Assembly: GCF_009914755.1 (NCBI RefSeq)
Contig: NC_060934.1
Length of the DNA: 64,000 nucleotides
Source of the DNA: the human T2T-CHM13v2.0 reference genome, Homo sapiens
Direction: 5' to 3' (one strand)
In this document: positions 38,977 to 60,184 of the stretch, piece after piece
Numbering within the stretch: position 1 is the stretch's first letter
Layout: every line of letters begins with the position of its first letter
Notes under the pieces: generated by a model
The model's input: only the letters and a program-made list of their open reading frames with translations
Told to the model about the DNA's origin: nothing
Databases searched by the model: none
Position numbers and translations under genes: made by a program

Positions 38977-39369
38977 TGATCCACCCGCCTCAGCTTCCCA
39001 AAGTGCTGGGATTACAGGTGTGAGCCACCGCACCTGGCCTTGTTTTATTTTTTGTAGAGGTAGGGTCTTGCTATGTTGCCCAGGTTGGAGTACAGTGGTG
39101 ATTCACAGGCATAGTCATAGTGCACGGCAGCTTTGAATCCCTGGCCTCAAGTGTTCCTTCTGCCTTAGCCTCCTGAGTAGCTAGGACTATTACTTTTTAT
39201 TTGAGATGGAGTTTTGCTCCATTGCCCAGGCTGGAGTGCAGTGGTACAATCTTGGCTTACTGCAACCTCCGCCTCCTGGGTACAAGTGATTCTCCTGCCT
39301 CAGCTCCCTGAGTACCTGGGATTACAGGCACACACTACTATGCCTGGCTAATTTTTGTATTTTTATTAG

Positions 39370-39537
<168 letters not shown>

Positions 39538-39942
39538 TAATAGATTTTAAAATGTTGGCCGGGCGCGGTGGCTCATGCCTGTAATTCCAGCACTTTGGGA
39601 GGCCAAGGCAGGTGGATCACGAGGTCAGGAGATCGAGACCATCCTGGCTAACATGGTGAAACCCCGTCTCTACTAAAAATACAAAAAATTAGCCGGGCGT
39701 GGTGGTGGGTGCCTGTAGTCCCAGCTACTCGGGAGGCTGAGGCAGGAGAATGGCATGAACACGGGAGGCAGAGCTTGCAGCGAGCCAAGATGGCCTATGG
39801 CTCAGGCTAGAGTGCAGTGGCTAGATATAGACAACCATATATCTATATATAGTCTATATATAGAGAACCATAACATTGTTTGGTATGGGTAGGGTTCTTT
39901 ATTTGTTTTAAAAACAAAAATGTGGCCGTGCGTGGTGGCTCA

Positions 39943-40225
<283 letters not shown>

Positions 40226-40647
40226 TCATTTGTAATGTAGCATTTCACAAGATGCATTTTTTTTTAACCTTAATATACTGTAGACTAATTTCCATATTGT
40301 AGATACTCCTCTGATTTCTTAAAATACCTGTATTCTGTTGCTTTATACCGTGATTTATTTAAACACTTCTCCATTGTTAATGGAGTTTTTGCCATTTCAC
40401 ACAGTGCTACGTTGAACATTGTTGTACTTATTTCTTTTTGCAATTGTGCTAGATTCCTAAAAGTGGAACTGAGGATTGTGTGGTTATAGGGTATGCACAT
40501 TTAAAGGCTGGAGTAGATAGTGCCACGTTGTTCTCCGGTATGGTTGTATCAGTTTACATTCGCATCAATAGGATCTGCAGGCCGGGTCCACTGGCTCACG
40601 CCTGTAATCCCAGTACTTTGGGAGACTGAGGTGGGCAGATCGCTTGA

Positions 40648-40932
<285 letters not shown>

Positions 40933-41759
40933 TAGCCTCTCAAAGTGCTGGGATTACAGATGTGAGCCACCACACCCAGCCCAATTTTTAAATTTTTTAT
41001 AGAGACAGGGTCTTGCTATGTTCCCCAGGCTGGTCTTGAATTCCTGGCCTCAAGTGCTTCTGCCTCAGCATCCCAAGTAGCTGGGATTACAGGCACAAGT
41101 CACCGCACCCAGCGATACTATTATTCTTGTTTGCACATCATCGTGCCCTTGAGTGAGAAGAGTGATGGGGTCACCGCCAAGGCGGATGGGCACTGTTTGT
41201 CAAGTATGGGGGTCGTCACCCATCTTGACCACAGGGCTAGACCACATGTGGCTCTGTCTGCTCTCATACACAGTACTGTGCTGCAGTGAGGGGGATCCTT
41301 AACTTCTGTCCCCAACCTCCATTTGGCACTTCCTGTTCTCAGGGGAAGATGGTTTCTGAGCCTTTTTTTTTTTTTTTTTTTTTTTGTTGATACAAGCTCT
41401 CCCTGTGTCACCCAGGCTGGAGTGCAGTGGCATGATCATAGTTCATGGCAGCCTGACCTCCTGAGTTCTAGCGATCATCCCACCTTAGCCTCCTTAGTAG
41501 CTGGGACTATAGGCGTGCACCATTATGCCCAGCTAATATTTGTATTTTTAGTACAGACTGGGTTTCACTGTGTTGACCAAGCTGGTCTTGAACTCCTGAC
41601 CTCCAGTGATCCTCCTGCCTCGGCCTCCCAAAGTGCTGGGATTACAGCATGAGCCACTGTACCTGCCCTCCCCCCCCCCCTTTTTTTTTTTTTTTTGAGA
41701 CAGAGTCTCACTCTGTCACCCAGGCTGAAGTGCAATGGCACGATCTCGGCTCACTGTAA

Positions 41760-43985
<2,226 letters not shown>

Positions 43986-43988
43986 TTA

Positions 43989-44621
<633 letters not shown>

Positions 44622-44656
44622 AGGACATCTATATGAATCTTTTATCCAATATATAA

Positions 44657-45233
<577 letters not shown>

Positions 45234-45268
45234 TAAATTTTTTTATGTTTAATTTTTTCTTTTTTTGA

Positions 45269-45373
<105 letters not shown>

Positions 45374-45507
45374 TGAGTAGCTGGGATTACAGGCACCTTC
45401 CACCATGCCCAGCTAATTTTTTGTATTTTTAGTGGAGACAGGGTTTAACTGTGTTAGCCAGGATGGTCTCAATTTCCTGATCTCGTGATACACCCACCTC
45501 GGCCTAA

Positions 45508-45702
<195 letters not shown>

Positions 45703-46833
45703 TGATCACAGCTCACTGTAGCCTCAAACTCCTGAGCTCAAGCAATCCCCCTACCTTAACCTCTCCAGTAGCTGGGACTGCAAGTGTGTGCCACCACATC
45801 TAGCTAATTTTTAAAACAATTTTTTTATAGAGGCGGAGTCTCCCTATGTTGCTTACGTTGGTCTAGAACTCCTGGCCTCAAGCATTCTTCCCACCTCAGC
45901 TTCCCAAAGTGCTAAGATTACAGACAGGAGCCGCTACAGCTGGCCATCTTTTAGTGGTCGCACCACTCCAGCCTGGGTGACCCTGTCTCAAAAAATGAAG
46001 AAGTAAAAATAAATAAAAAATGAATCTCTGAAAGATAACAATGTTCCTCAACATTAGTCATCCCATAGCATACCCAGAAAACTTGACAATAATCCCTTAA
46101 TGTTGTAGGATAGGATCTTGCACTTGAGAATTTAAATAAGATCTAAGAATAAAAATATTACTACAAAATTCAGCTAATTATGACAGTTCTTCAGTTTTCT
46201 TAAGTAATTAGCCCTCAGGAAGTTCCTCTACTTGAAAAAATGTTACTCCCAACAGTACCCTTAATCCCATGAGAATCAAAAGTGCTCTTCCAATCCCAGC
46301 ATTCTCAGTCTTACTTGAACAGGTCTAGTAGTGGCGTTTTAACCATAACCTTTCTTCCACCCTGCAAAACTTGGTCTTTCATTTTCTTTGACACACACAT
46401 CCATTTCCAACCTTTGCTTAGTGGATAAAGTGAAAGATTAACTTACGACGTTTGCCCTCAATTTTTAGTGAAGAGAGAATTTTGGGGAAAATCCTACTCT
46501 TATCTGAGATTGCATAAATGTTCAGAGAAACGTGGAAAAATGAAGAGACCCTGCCAGCATATCTTCTCCTCTTCCAGCTCTTCGGGGATGCAAGCTGTTG
46601 GTCCCTATCCTGTGTTTGGCTGACTATGCCTACCCTTCCGGTACAGTACTGGGGGTTTCAGGGCAGGTGAGCAAGGCTGCTGAGGGAGAAATGGAACATA
46701 GAATTTAGAGACTGAGGCTGGGTGCAGTGGCTCACGCTTGTAATCCCAGTGCTTTGGGTGGCCAAGGTGGAAGGATCACTTGAGCCCAGGAGTTTGAGAC
46801 CAGCCTGGGCAAGATGGTCAAACCCTGTCTCTA

Positions 46834-46998
<165 letters not shown>

Positions 46999-47589
46999 TC
47001 AAAAAAAAAAAAAAAAAAAAGAATTTGGAGACTGAAAGACACTGGAGAGATAACGATACTGTGAACAGATGTTCAGTTAGAGAGTCTGTGCTGCTCAAAA
47101 TATAGGAGATTTGGGGTTGAGCAGACTCAACTGTGTGACTGTTCCGAGGCTTAACCGTAAGCTTATACATTGTGACTCCACAAACGAGATGGTAGACTTT
47201 GATTACATGGGCCTCTTATCACAGAAATGGCTGGCCTGGGAGGGGTCTCTGTGCACTGCTGATAGAAGTAAGGAAGGCTCAGAGAGATTAAGTCATTCGC
47301 CCAGAGTAATGAGACTAGGTGCTAGCATGGCCAGGTCTGGAATGCAAGAGACCTGGAACAATTTAGTTTAAAGGAAAGTCTCCCCCTGGGCATTCTTCAC
47401 TGGAGTCCCATGGGAAGACCTCTGTCCCTTCAGCCAGAAACCCTTAGTCCAATCCAAGGTCACTTTACATTTTCAGACCTCCAGTATATTCATCTGGGAA
47501 GCAGGGATAGCAATATCCTGTTACCAGCTGTATTCCAGCTGATAGAAGGAGCAGCTAAAATGGATGGGTAAGTTGTTTATCAACCTTGA

Positions 47590-47931
<342 letters not shown>

Positions 47932-49192
47932 TGAGCTTCCTTAAAACCCTGAGTTCTCTGCAAGAAGAAGGATGATGACTTATGGTGCCTCTCACTGGTG
48001 AGGTCCACCTTTTCTGCAATTTTGAGCACAGTCCAAGGCCTTGGAAAAGCTTTGTTTCTTGAGTCTCTCAAATAAGAACAACAACATTAGCTTTTCTGGG
48101 AGGGCCAATGGCTGTGCTGTGATGGGGCATGGATGCTTTCTCAGAGGTACTTTCCCCCTAAGCTTTAGGCACGTCTGACCATTTCTTCTGCTTTGGTCCA
48201 GTGCTTTCCTCATGATTTAGACTCTGGATGAAGGTGTTTTTGAAGTAGGTTTACTTGCTGCTGTCATCCTGTGTCACCTCACTCTCTGTGGCCTGGAAGT
48301 GCAGGGTTTCAGGCCTGGCTGTGGGCGGCCATTATATGACAAAGGGTTCAGCGTCCCCTGCATCTGGTATGATGCCCTCTCTGGTTTCACCACCTTTAGT
48401 CATCATTTTACTTGGGGTGTGGACATATTTGTTCCAGGAGCTTCCCCACCCTCTACAACTTATTGGAGGGATAAATTGTCCTAATGTTTTCTTCTGGTGT
48501 TTTTAACCATGAAATCTTAGACCTGGAGTAGATTTGGTTACCAAATAGCCTAAGGAGAGAGGACATAATATTTGATTTATGTAAGATCCAGGAAATGAGG
48601 AAAGGCACGGTGCCATGAGCTGTGCTTCCAGCCAGACCTTATTAACTTTCACAATTCTTTATGCAAAAGAGACAACTTCCAGGTGTTGCTAATGGAGGTA
48701 TCTCATGACCTAGAGACAAAACCAGGAGCAGCTTCCTTCTATTTCTCCAAATCCAAAAACGATTGCTAGGGAGTTAGACCATGGCCCAGCTCTGCTTTGA
48801 GAAAGGGAATTTTGCTTTTGAGATGATTGAAGTGCTTTAAATTCCTCAGCTGAGAAATGAGAGATGTACAGATAATGAGACACACGGAGGCTTTGCCGCA
48901 TCAGACTTCATGAGCTTGGAGAACATGCAGGTGCTCTTCTGACCTCTTAGCTGTTTGTCAGGTTTCTATGACCAGGCAGGTGTTACCAGCACTAATGTTT
49001 AGGGATTCAGCTATATTTTAGCTTCATTTTTATGATCCTTTTTTTTTCCAGACAGGATCTTGCACAGGCTGGAGTGCAGTGGTGTGATCACAGCTCACTG
49101 CAGCCTCAACCTCCCTGGACACTCAGTTGATCCTCCTACCTCACCCTCCCCAGCAACTAGGACTACAGTCATGTGCCATCACGCCCGACTAA

Positions 49193-49339
<147 letters not shown>

Positions 49340-50123
49340 TAGTCACGTCTTTATCTCTTCATTCATGTGACGATCTTTTCTTGAGGGCCTGCTTTGTGCA
49401 AGGCATCGTGCTTGGTCCTGTGAGGGATATGGAAGTGAACGTTTCACATCTTACCCCTAAGTTGCTTACTTTAGAGGAGAAGGTAGGGCTGAGAAGAAAT
49501 ATCTAAAACATAAAGTGTGAAATGGCTTTGTTGAGTTTATGAGTTGCATGTAAGAAGTGAGTGGATTTTCCTATAAAAGCACAACCAAGATGATTGCTTT
49601 CTGGACAGTGAGAATGCTTAGAGCACCCAGAACTGCTTCTAAGGACTCAGAGAGAGTTGAGATGTCTGTCATAAAATGACCTTGCTGTTAGCCTTTTTCT
49701 TGGGTCAGCCACCATTGTACCCACATTCCCACTTAATATAGACCATGTCTCTCTTTATCTCACCCAAAGTTTAAATAACAGTGAAAGATGAAATCAGATT
49801 GGTGGAGACCTGGAAGCTTAATTTTCCTAATGGTTCTCTTTCCAAATTACATCTGGCCGAGGCAGGAGGATCACTTGAACCTAGGAGTTCGAGACCAGCC
49901 TTGGCAACATAGGAAGACCCTGCCTCTATAAAGATTAAAAAAAATTAGCCAGGGCCAGGTGCAGTGGCTCACATCTGTAATCCCAGCACTTTGGGAGGCC
50001 GAGGCAGGCGGATCACCTCAGGTCGGGAGTTTGAGACCAGCCTGACCAACATGGAAAAACCCCATCTCTACTAAAAATACAAAAATTAGCTGGGCATGGT
50101 GCGCATGCCTGTAATCTCAGCTA

Positions 50124-50297
<174 letters not shown>

Positions 50298-52163
50298 TCA
50301 GCTACTTGGGAGGCTGAGGTGGGAGGATTGCTTGTGCCTGCGAGGTTGGAGGCTACAGTGAGCCATGATCGCACCACTGCAGTCCAGCTTGGGTGACAGA
50401 GCAAGATCCTGTCTCAAAAACAAAAAGCCGGCCTGGCCAACATGGTGAAACCATGTCTCTATTGAAAATACAAAAATTAGCTGGGCATGGTGGCACGAGC
50501 CTGTAGTCCTAGCTACTTGGGAGGCTGAGCAGGAGAATTGCTTGAACTCAGGAGGCGGAGGTTGCAGTGAGCCGAGATTGCGCCTCTGCACTCCAGCCTG
50601 AGCGACAGAGCGAGACTCTGTCTCAAAAAAAAAAAAAGCAAAAAACAAATTTCATCTGAGTGTGTTTCATGTAGTTGGTGTGATCTACATCCCTCCTTTT
50701 GTTCTTATTCCGATCTTTGGTTTGGAGAGCAATTGTGAGGAGGCATGAAATGTATCTGGAGATAGCTATGAGCTGCAGCCTGCTGATTTTCATGTAATTC
50801 TTGGCTACTTGCCAGTATGGTTGGGGTTAAACTGTTTCCAGGGTAGGAAAAACACGAACCTAGCATTTTGATATGAAAACAAACAAGGCTACTTTGTACT
50901 TGATGAAGCTCAAGTTGCAGATCCAGTGAGAGCCCATTAACTATTGGTGAAGGCCCACTGACAGTGTTGAGTTTCAGAGACCCCTGCACATTCTGGAGAT
51001 GGCAGCGAATTGTTGTGCAGCCTACGAAAGTAATAAATATTTCTGCAGTGATTGTCAACAACAAAATGATTTTCTTGTTTGGGGGGTGGGGAGGCAAGAG
51101 GCAGAAACCTTAGGAAGCTGTTGCAAACCAGTTTCAGCTTCTGCTACTTTTATTTCTTTCCATTTAAAGCTGGGTGCAGTGGCACATGCCTGTAGTCCCA
51201 GTTACTCAGGAGCCTGAGGTGGGAGGCTCACTTGAACCCAGGATTTTGAGGCTGCAGTGTATTATGATGGCCCCTGTAAGTAGCCACTGCACCCCAGCCA
51301 GGGCAACATAATGAGACCCTGTCTCTCAAAAAAAATAAAAGACTGAGGCTGCACCAATGACATGGGGTGGAGTCAGGAACCTAGGACTCTTTCTGGCCCA
51401 CTTTGGAGACCGAGAGCAGGATTCTGTGAGGTTGAGGTCAATGACTGGGAAAGCCCCAAAGTTCTCATCTGTATCTTCCTTCCACCTCCCCCAACCTCTG
51501 CAATAAAACAAAATCAACTCCAAGATTGACCATATTTTAGTAGTAAATATCAAACAAGCAAAATGAGGGCCTAAAATACTCCACTAAAATAGAAATTCCT
51601 ATATTTGATATTCATGCTGCTACTGTAATCATCAGAAAGAAAAACTGTGCTGGTCAAAGATACTCACTCATTAGATGTGTACATGTGTAGGGCCTTGACA
51701 TTCTACCCCCAACTAATCTTTGCGTCATCTTTTTCTGCCTTTGGACGTATGCCCCATGCGTCCTTGTTTCCATACTTTTATTCATGCTCTGCTCTGCGTA
51801 GTGTGCTCATTTTATCCACTGAAACCCTACGTATTATTTCAGTATCCATCTCTTTGGGGTTTTTTAGTTTGTTTGCTTTTTGAGACGAATTCTTGCTCTG
51901 TTGCCCAGGCTGACATGCATTGGCATGATCTCGGCTCACTGCAACCTCCGCCTCCTGGGTTCAAGCGATTCGTTCTCCTGCCTCAGCCTCCCAAGTAGCT
52001 GAGTTTACAGGCATGTGCCACCATGCCCGGCTAATTTTTATATTTTTAGTAGAGGCTGGTTTTGCCATGTTTGCCAGGCTGGTCTTGAACTCCTGATCTC
52101 AGATGTTCCACCCACCTTGGCTTCCTAAAGTGCTTGAGCCATTGCGCCTGGCATTAGTTTTTT

Positions 52164-52717
<554 letters not shown>

Positions 52718-55359
52718 TGATCCACCTGCCTCAGCCTCCCAAAGTGCTGAGATTACAGGCTTGAGCCATTGCGCTTGGCCTCGTTTGTTTTTCAAGAGAA
52801 AAGGTCTCACTCTGATACCCAGGCTAGAGTGCAGTGGTATAATCACAGCTCACTACAACCTCAACTTCTTGGGCTCAAGTGATCCTCCTGCCTCAGCCTA
52901 CTGAGTAGCTGAACCTACAAGGTGTACGCCGCCATGCCTGGCTAATTTCTTAATTTTTGTAGAAACAGGGTCTCCCTATGTTGCTCAGGCTGGTCTTGAA
53001 ATCCTGGCCTCAAGTGATCATCCCACATCAGCCTCCTGAAGTGTTGGGGAACCACTGTGTTCAGCTCTTGATAAAATTTTCTTTGAAAACAAAAACCTTC
53101 TTTGGCCATTCTGTCCCTCAACAGCATCCCTTCTTTGTTTTCTTTTTTCTTTCTTTTTTTTTTTTTTACTGGAAGCTGAGAGGATCATCCAGCATCTCTT
53201 CTTTGAGCTCCTCTTGTGTGACTGTGTTTGTCCCTCGCCTCACCATGTTTATCATAGAGTGCGTATGTTTGTTTCTGTGTAACTAACTAAATAAATCCTC
53301 CAGGGCAAGACTGATTCATCCAACAGTACATCTTTGTTATCCCCACAGCACATCCTGGGTGGACTGGATGCAACTGTAAATATCAGGTCACAAGTAAGGG
53401 GGAAGTGACGATTAATATCAAAATCCTATCTGCATATGTGTCCAAGCCATTTTGGAGTCATACAGACCTGGTTGAGATTCTGGCTGCACTGCCTATTAGG
53501 TGTGTGTCCTTGAACGAGTTACCTAACGTCACTGTGTAAAATATGAGATGTCACCATCTGTTGGAATCTTCCCTCTCTGAAATACATGATTTGATGTTTA
53601 GCAAAGGATTACATACTGCAGTTAAGAACCGTTTACCTAACTCTCTTTCCTGAAAGACTCAGTAGTAGGAAAGCACCATGGGTTTTTATAGATACCTTGT
53701 GGAAGAGATAAGCTCTGTGACTTGTAAAACGCCTTGTCCTGCCCAGAAGCAGGAGAGGTGTGTGTTTTCTTGCCTCAGCAGGCCTGCTACATGCCTGCCT
53801 TTGTCCAGCCCCAGGACATAGATAAAGCTAGTGTTCTTGGTTTCTAGCAGTTAAGCAACCTATAGTGTTTCTGCCTGGCAGAGTTCTGGGTTTGGGATTT
53901 ATCCCCTTGCATTCCCCAAAATTATTACTTCAGGATTCTTTTGTTAATGCCTAGCCTCACACCCATGACATGAAGATGTCTCAGTTTAACTTTTGTTGTG
54001 ACACTCATGTTGGTTTGAGGTTTGAGTTAGTATTCATTCTCTCCTTTCTTGAGTTAGAACTCTGAGGCATTTAAATGGGTGCGTGCCCAAACCGGAGAAA
54101 GATAAGAAAGATCTCTTATCTTAGACATTCTGTGTCTGCCCAGCAGCCTCTGCTCAAAGCTCCTGGAAATAAAATGGCCTTACGCCTGGAGATTATCTCC
54201 TACCCTAGAAGCCTGGCAGTTACTGTCCTGTTCTGACAAACTCTCTTTCTTCAGATCCCTTGATTGTAAAATAAGATACCCCTAGACCTTCAGCCCTAGT
54301 CGCCGTCAGCCTCAGTTGACCAGATGGCAAAGGTGTGGGAACAGCTCACCAGGTTCCCAAGAGCCATGTCCTAGGAAGGTCTCCAGCCTATTCCTTGTGT
54401 GTGGATCTGTTGTGCATTAGGAACAGATGAGAACTTTAGGGCTTTCCCAGTCTTTGACCTCATAGAACCTTGCTTTCCAAAGTGGGTCAGAAGGACCCTA
54501 GGACCCTGACTTCACACTCCAGAACACCACCATCATATCCAGTGTGCATGGCAGTCTCATAAACAGGGTTCCAGAGCGCTGACCAGGGACCTGCCTGTCT
54601 GCTTAACATTCACCTGACCCTCAGTTCTGGTTTTTGCTGTTTGTTTTTTCCTTGTTTGTAACTTCTGATATTCTAATAGCTGACGCCTGTGTGTTCATAA
54701 AGGAAAGAGCCTGTGGAGCCAGAGTCTTCACTCAAATCCTTGCTGTCTCACAGCCAGCTGTGTGACCTTGGGCAAGTTACATAAACCCCATTTGCCTCCA
54801 TTTCTGTAACTGAGTAATAGGGATGGTAATAGCCACATCATAGGGTTGTTGTGGCTGTGAGATACTTAGCATGGAGTCTGGCTCATGGTCAGGGTTGAAC
54901 AAATGATTATCTCTCCCCTACCCCACCCCAGAATTTAAAGATTATAAATATATAGACTGCCTACAAAAATGTTGCCAAAAGATACTTAAACAAATTTTCT
55001 ACAGTAAAAGAATGAATTCAGGTAGCTGTGAGCATGTATGTTTTTGCAGTATGTCTTAAATTAATCCGGTACGGCACAGTGGTTCGTGCCTGTGATGTCA
55101 GCATTTGAGGATGCTGAGGTGGGAAGATTGCTTGAGGCCAGGGATTCGAGACCAGCTTGGGTAACATAGCAAGACTCCCTATTTAAAATAAAATTTTAGG
55201 GAGGCACGGTGGCTCAGTCCTGATGTCCTGGCTCATAAGGAGGCGAGGTGAAGCGTTCGAGACCAGCCTGGGCAACATAGGAAGCCCTCATCTATAATGA
55301 CAGAAAAAATTTTAAATAAAAATTTAAAAAGTTAATCTGAGGCCAGACATGGTGGCTCA

Positions 55360-55914
<555 letters not shown>

Positions 55915-56075
55915 TTAATTTTTTGTATTTTTAGTAGAGACGGGGTTTCACCATGTTAGCCAGGATGGTCTTGATCTCCCGACTTCGTGATCCACCCGCC
56001 TCTGCCTCCTAAAGTGCTGGGATTACAAGCGTAAGCCACTGCGCCCGGCCTTTTTTTTTTTTTTTTTTTTTTTGA

Positions 56076-56213
<138 letters not shown>

Positions 56214-56347
56214 TAGCTAATTTTTCTATTTTTAGTAGAGATGGGGTTTCCCCATGTCGGTCAGGCTGGTCTGGAACTCCTGACCTCAGGTGATCTGCCT
56301 GCCTTGGCCTCCCAAAGTGCTGGGATTACAAGCATGAGCCATGCCCG

Positions 56348-56380
<33 letters not shown>

Positions 56381-58705
56381 GAGACAGAGTCTCGTTCTGT
56401 CGCTCAGGCTGGAGTGCAGTGGTGTGATCTTGGCTCACTGCAACCTCTCCCTCCTGGGCTCAAGTGTCCCTCCCACCTCAGCTTCCCGAGTAGCTGAGAC
56501 AACAGGCATGTGCCACCATGCCCAGCTAATTTTTGTATTTTCTGTAGAGATGGGGTTTTGCCATGTTGCCCAAGCTGGTTTTGAACTCCTGGGCTCAAGC
56601 AATCTGCCCACCTCAGCCTCCCAAAGTACTAGGATTACAGGCGTGAGCCATGGTGCCCAGCCAACCTGCAACATTTTGACAACATAATCCTGCTTAATTC
56701 TAATTTAGTATGACTTCCTTTTTTTTTTTTTTTTTAAGTTGGTGAATTCAGCATTGAATTTAATTCTGCATTGGCAGGCGGATGACTAAAGTCATTTGAA
56801 GAAGGATTTACCCTACCTTTGGCTCATCATGTATGAGGCTGGATCACGTACATAGGAGAACCCATTTTTTCAGGCTAGCAGAAATTGTTAATGATCATCT
56901 TGCTTTTCAAATGGCAAAGCTGACTCCTTTGTCACTAGGTTGTAGTAATATTTGTATAACATGGCAGAAAGTGAACTCACTTTCCTGGGAATGCCTGAAT
57001 TTGCCAACTCAATCTCTTTTTCTCCTCACCCCTCAGATATCAGCGCTTAGTGAACGTTAGTGAGGGGCTGTAGGCAAGAAGTTGATAGAAAGAAGCTGTT
57101 GTCAGCAGTCACTTTTTTAGAATATATTGTATTGTACTAGGTGTAATGCCTTGGGTTAAATGCTGCCTTGCACACAAGAATTTATAATCTGTGAGAAGAT
57201 AAAAATAGACGAATGCTGATTAGAAACACTGTCTTGGGTAGCATCATAAAAGGATGATTCATTAGGAAATCAGGAAGTCTATAATGCAATTTTGATCATT
57301 TAGGTTGTATTTTTACAAGTTTTTTTTTGGATTTCTAGTAATTTTGTTGCAATTCCACTTCTGAGATCATCACTGATGAATATTATTTAGAATTATGGGG
57401 CCAAGCTTAGTGGCTCATGCCTGTAATCTTAACACTTTGAAAGGCTGAGGCAGGAGGATCACTTGAGGACAAGAGTTCAAGCCTGGACAACATAGTGAGA
57501 CCCTGTCTCTACAAAAAATAAAAATTAAAAAAACTTAGCTGAGTGTGGTGGCGTGGTGGCGTGTGCCTGTAGTGCCAGCTTTTTGGGAGGATGAGGCAGG
57601 AGGATCACTTGAGCCTAGGGTGACAGAACAAAACCCTATCTCTTAAAAAAACAAAACAAAAAAAAAAAAGGAAGGAAGAAAAATATGGAACACTTCATAG
57701 CCCATTAGAGCAAGGTTTATTGTGTGTTTTGGTCATAGTGGCATCCCCAGTGCCTAAAACAATGCCTGGCACACTGTAGGCATTCAGTGAGCGTGGAGTG
57801 AGTGAATGAATGGTACACTTATGCCATGGCACTCTTTCTGGAGAATTTCAGGTGCCAGTCTGTCTTGTTAGATCAGTGCAGATTACATTGCCCATGAGGG
57901 GATGAGGATGCTGTTTCCATCAGTTTGATTGCCAAAGTTAGTGCTGCGTATGTTTTGTGGTTCTCAGTGGTTGCCAGGGAACCGAGGAAGTGAAAGGAAG
58001 GGGTTGAAAGCAGCCTCATTGCTGTTCCCTGGGCGGCTGTGCCTTGATGTCCAGCCTTGTCTGTATGGCAGTTTGGCCTGGTTGTGAGAGTGGTGACAAG
58101 GCCTGGGATAGACTGACCATGTCTTGAGAATATGTATGTGCTGAAGAATGGCTTCCCAGTCCCCAAACACCGGCAGCAGCAGGAGCCACTTCTTTTACAC
58201 ATCAGCCACCTTTTCCTCTAGCAATGAAGCTGTGATCCATTCTTTCAGTGAGTCTCAAGGAAATGGTTCAGCCAGTTTGGCACATTCATTTTCTTGTCAG
58301 GAAAGTCAATGTGACCTTGACCATCATTGGGGACCTGCGGTAAACACGTTGTGTGTCTGGCTGGATTCTAATGATCAAACAGTGCTTTTGGCACCTCACT
58401 GTGCTGTACGTGTCATGTGCTCCTAATTTATTGTCCTAGGTTGGGGGTTATAGGTACTAATTTGCAAGAATCATTTCTGACTTACATGGATCATGCCCAG
58501 CACAGTGCCACTACCATGGAGGCCTTGGATAAGTATCATGAAAGAAAATTGTTGCAGAAAATGAAAGGAAAGATGAAATATACTTGCTTTGAGTCCTGGA
58601 CAGTGTAATTAATTTGTAGCTGAGGAAGTTATTGAAAAGTAACTTTTTGTAATCCCAGCACTTTAGGAGGCTAAGGTGGGCAGATCACTTGAGCCCAGGA
58701 GTTCA

Positions 58706-59084
<379 letters not shown>

Positions 59085-59749
59085 TCAGGGAGGGTAGCCA
59101 GAAGGGATTTGGCTTACACCACCGACTAGGGAAAGTCAGAGCAGGACACCATCCCCAGGGCCCTTGCTTGTGCAAAGCTTGTGTTAGAGAACTCTTGTCT
59201 CCCTGAGCTGAACTTAGTGAAGAAAGCACGACAAACCTAAGGCGGTGAACTTTTCTGAACCAAGAGTTGGTTTAAATATAGATGATCTGCCTTTCTGGCA
59301 ACTTGGAGGCTGCGGTGGGACTTGTTGTACCTTTTATAAGACAAGTGAGGAAAGATGTTGGCACCTGTACTTGCGCAGTTTGTTTATGAAATATAAACTC
59401 TCCGGTGGAAGCGAGGGCTCGAAAGGTCAGTGTCCAAGGTAGCGTGTCGTACCTTAGCTGGGGAAAAGGTGCCTCTCCAAGCCCCCCCTGCGAATTGCCT
59501 CATTCCCTAGAGAAAGTTGGGACAGCCAGGCTTCATGTCCTATTATTTACTGAGCACCGACTCTGGCAGGGGTGGGGGTGGAAAAGTTTCTGTGAAACTG
59601 ACAGACACTGGACTTGATTTTCTTTCCCAGGGAGGAGAAACAATACTCTAGGAGCTACAAAGTCAGTCCTTATTCAGAGCAGTGTTCCTGTTTTCAGCTT
59701 TAGAGACTTGATTTATGTACCCCCCAGCCTGCTTAGAGCCAAGGGGTTG

Positions 59750-60184
59750 CAGCAGCCTGCTCCCATCTGCAGCCCCCACCATCCTCCCACAGTGGGCTCT
59801 GGCTCTAGGTGGGTCCAGGGCTGGGCATCGCGGGTCTGCAGCACATCCTCCTCAGTATTCCAGTGCAGCTGTCTGAAGTTTTTTCTGCTGCGCCTGAACT
59901 GATGTCATTTCCCCCTTGGCAGACAGCTTCGGCTTTGCTGCGTCTGAGATATGTCACGAGAAGGTGGGGGTGGGCCAGAGCCAGGCAGGGGGAGTAGCGA
60001 GGAGAGCAGGAGACAGTGTGCCTGCTCGGTCCCAGGACTCTGTTTACTTTGTCTGCTTTGCTAAAGAAGGCCGGTGAACCAGGACCACCGCACACACAGG
60101 CCCACCAGGGGCAATGCTCATTCCAAGACCTTAACTTTTAAGAGCCCTTTGTTCCAACGTTAGTGTGGACGATGCTCTTGCAGG
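59750..60184 (+). promoter_or_regulatory. WBP1L: Internal alternative promoter and 5'UTR of WBP1L
   Basis: Repeat-free, GC/CpG-enriched stretch directly upstream of the alternative ATG. Contains a CRE-like TGATGTCA (about 59900), GGGGTGGG boxes and a forkhead TGTTTAC (60041). Boundaries approximate. Confidence 0.6.

Noticed and set aside
57679-57698. About 20-nt resemblance to the U6 snRNA 3' end (minus strand)
   Set aside because: Too short and mismatched to call a U6 pseudogene.
60100-60115. CTCF-like CCACCAGGGGCAA
   Set aside because: One base short of the CCASYAGRKGGC core spacing.
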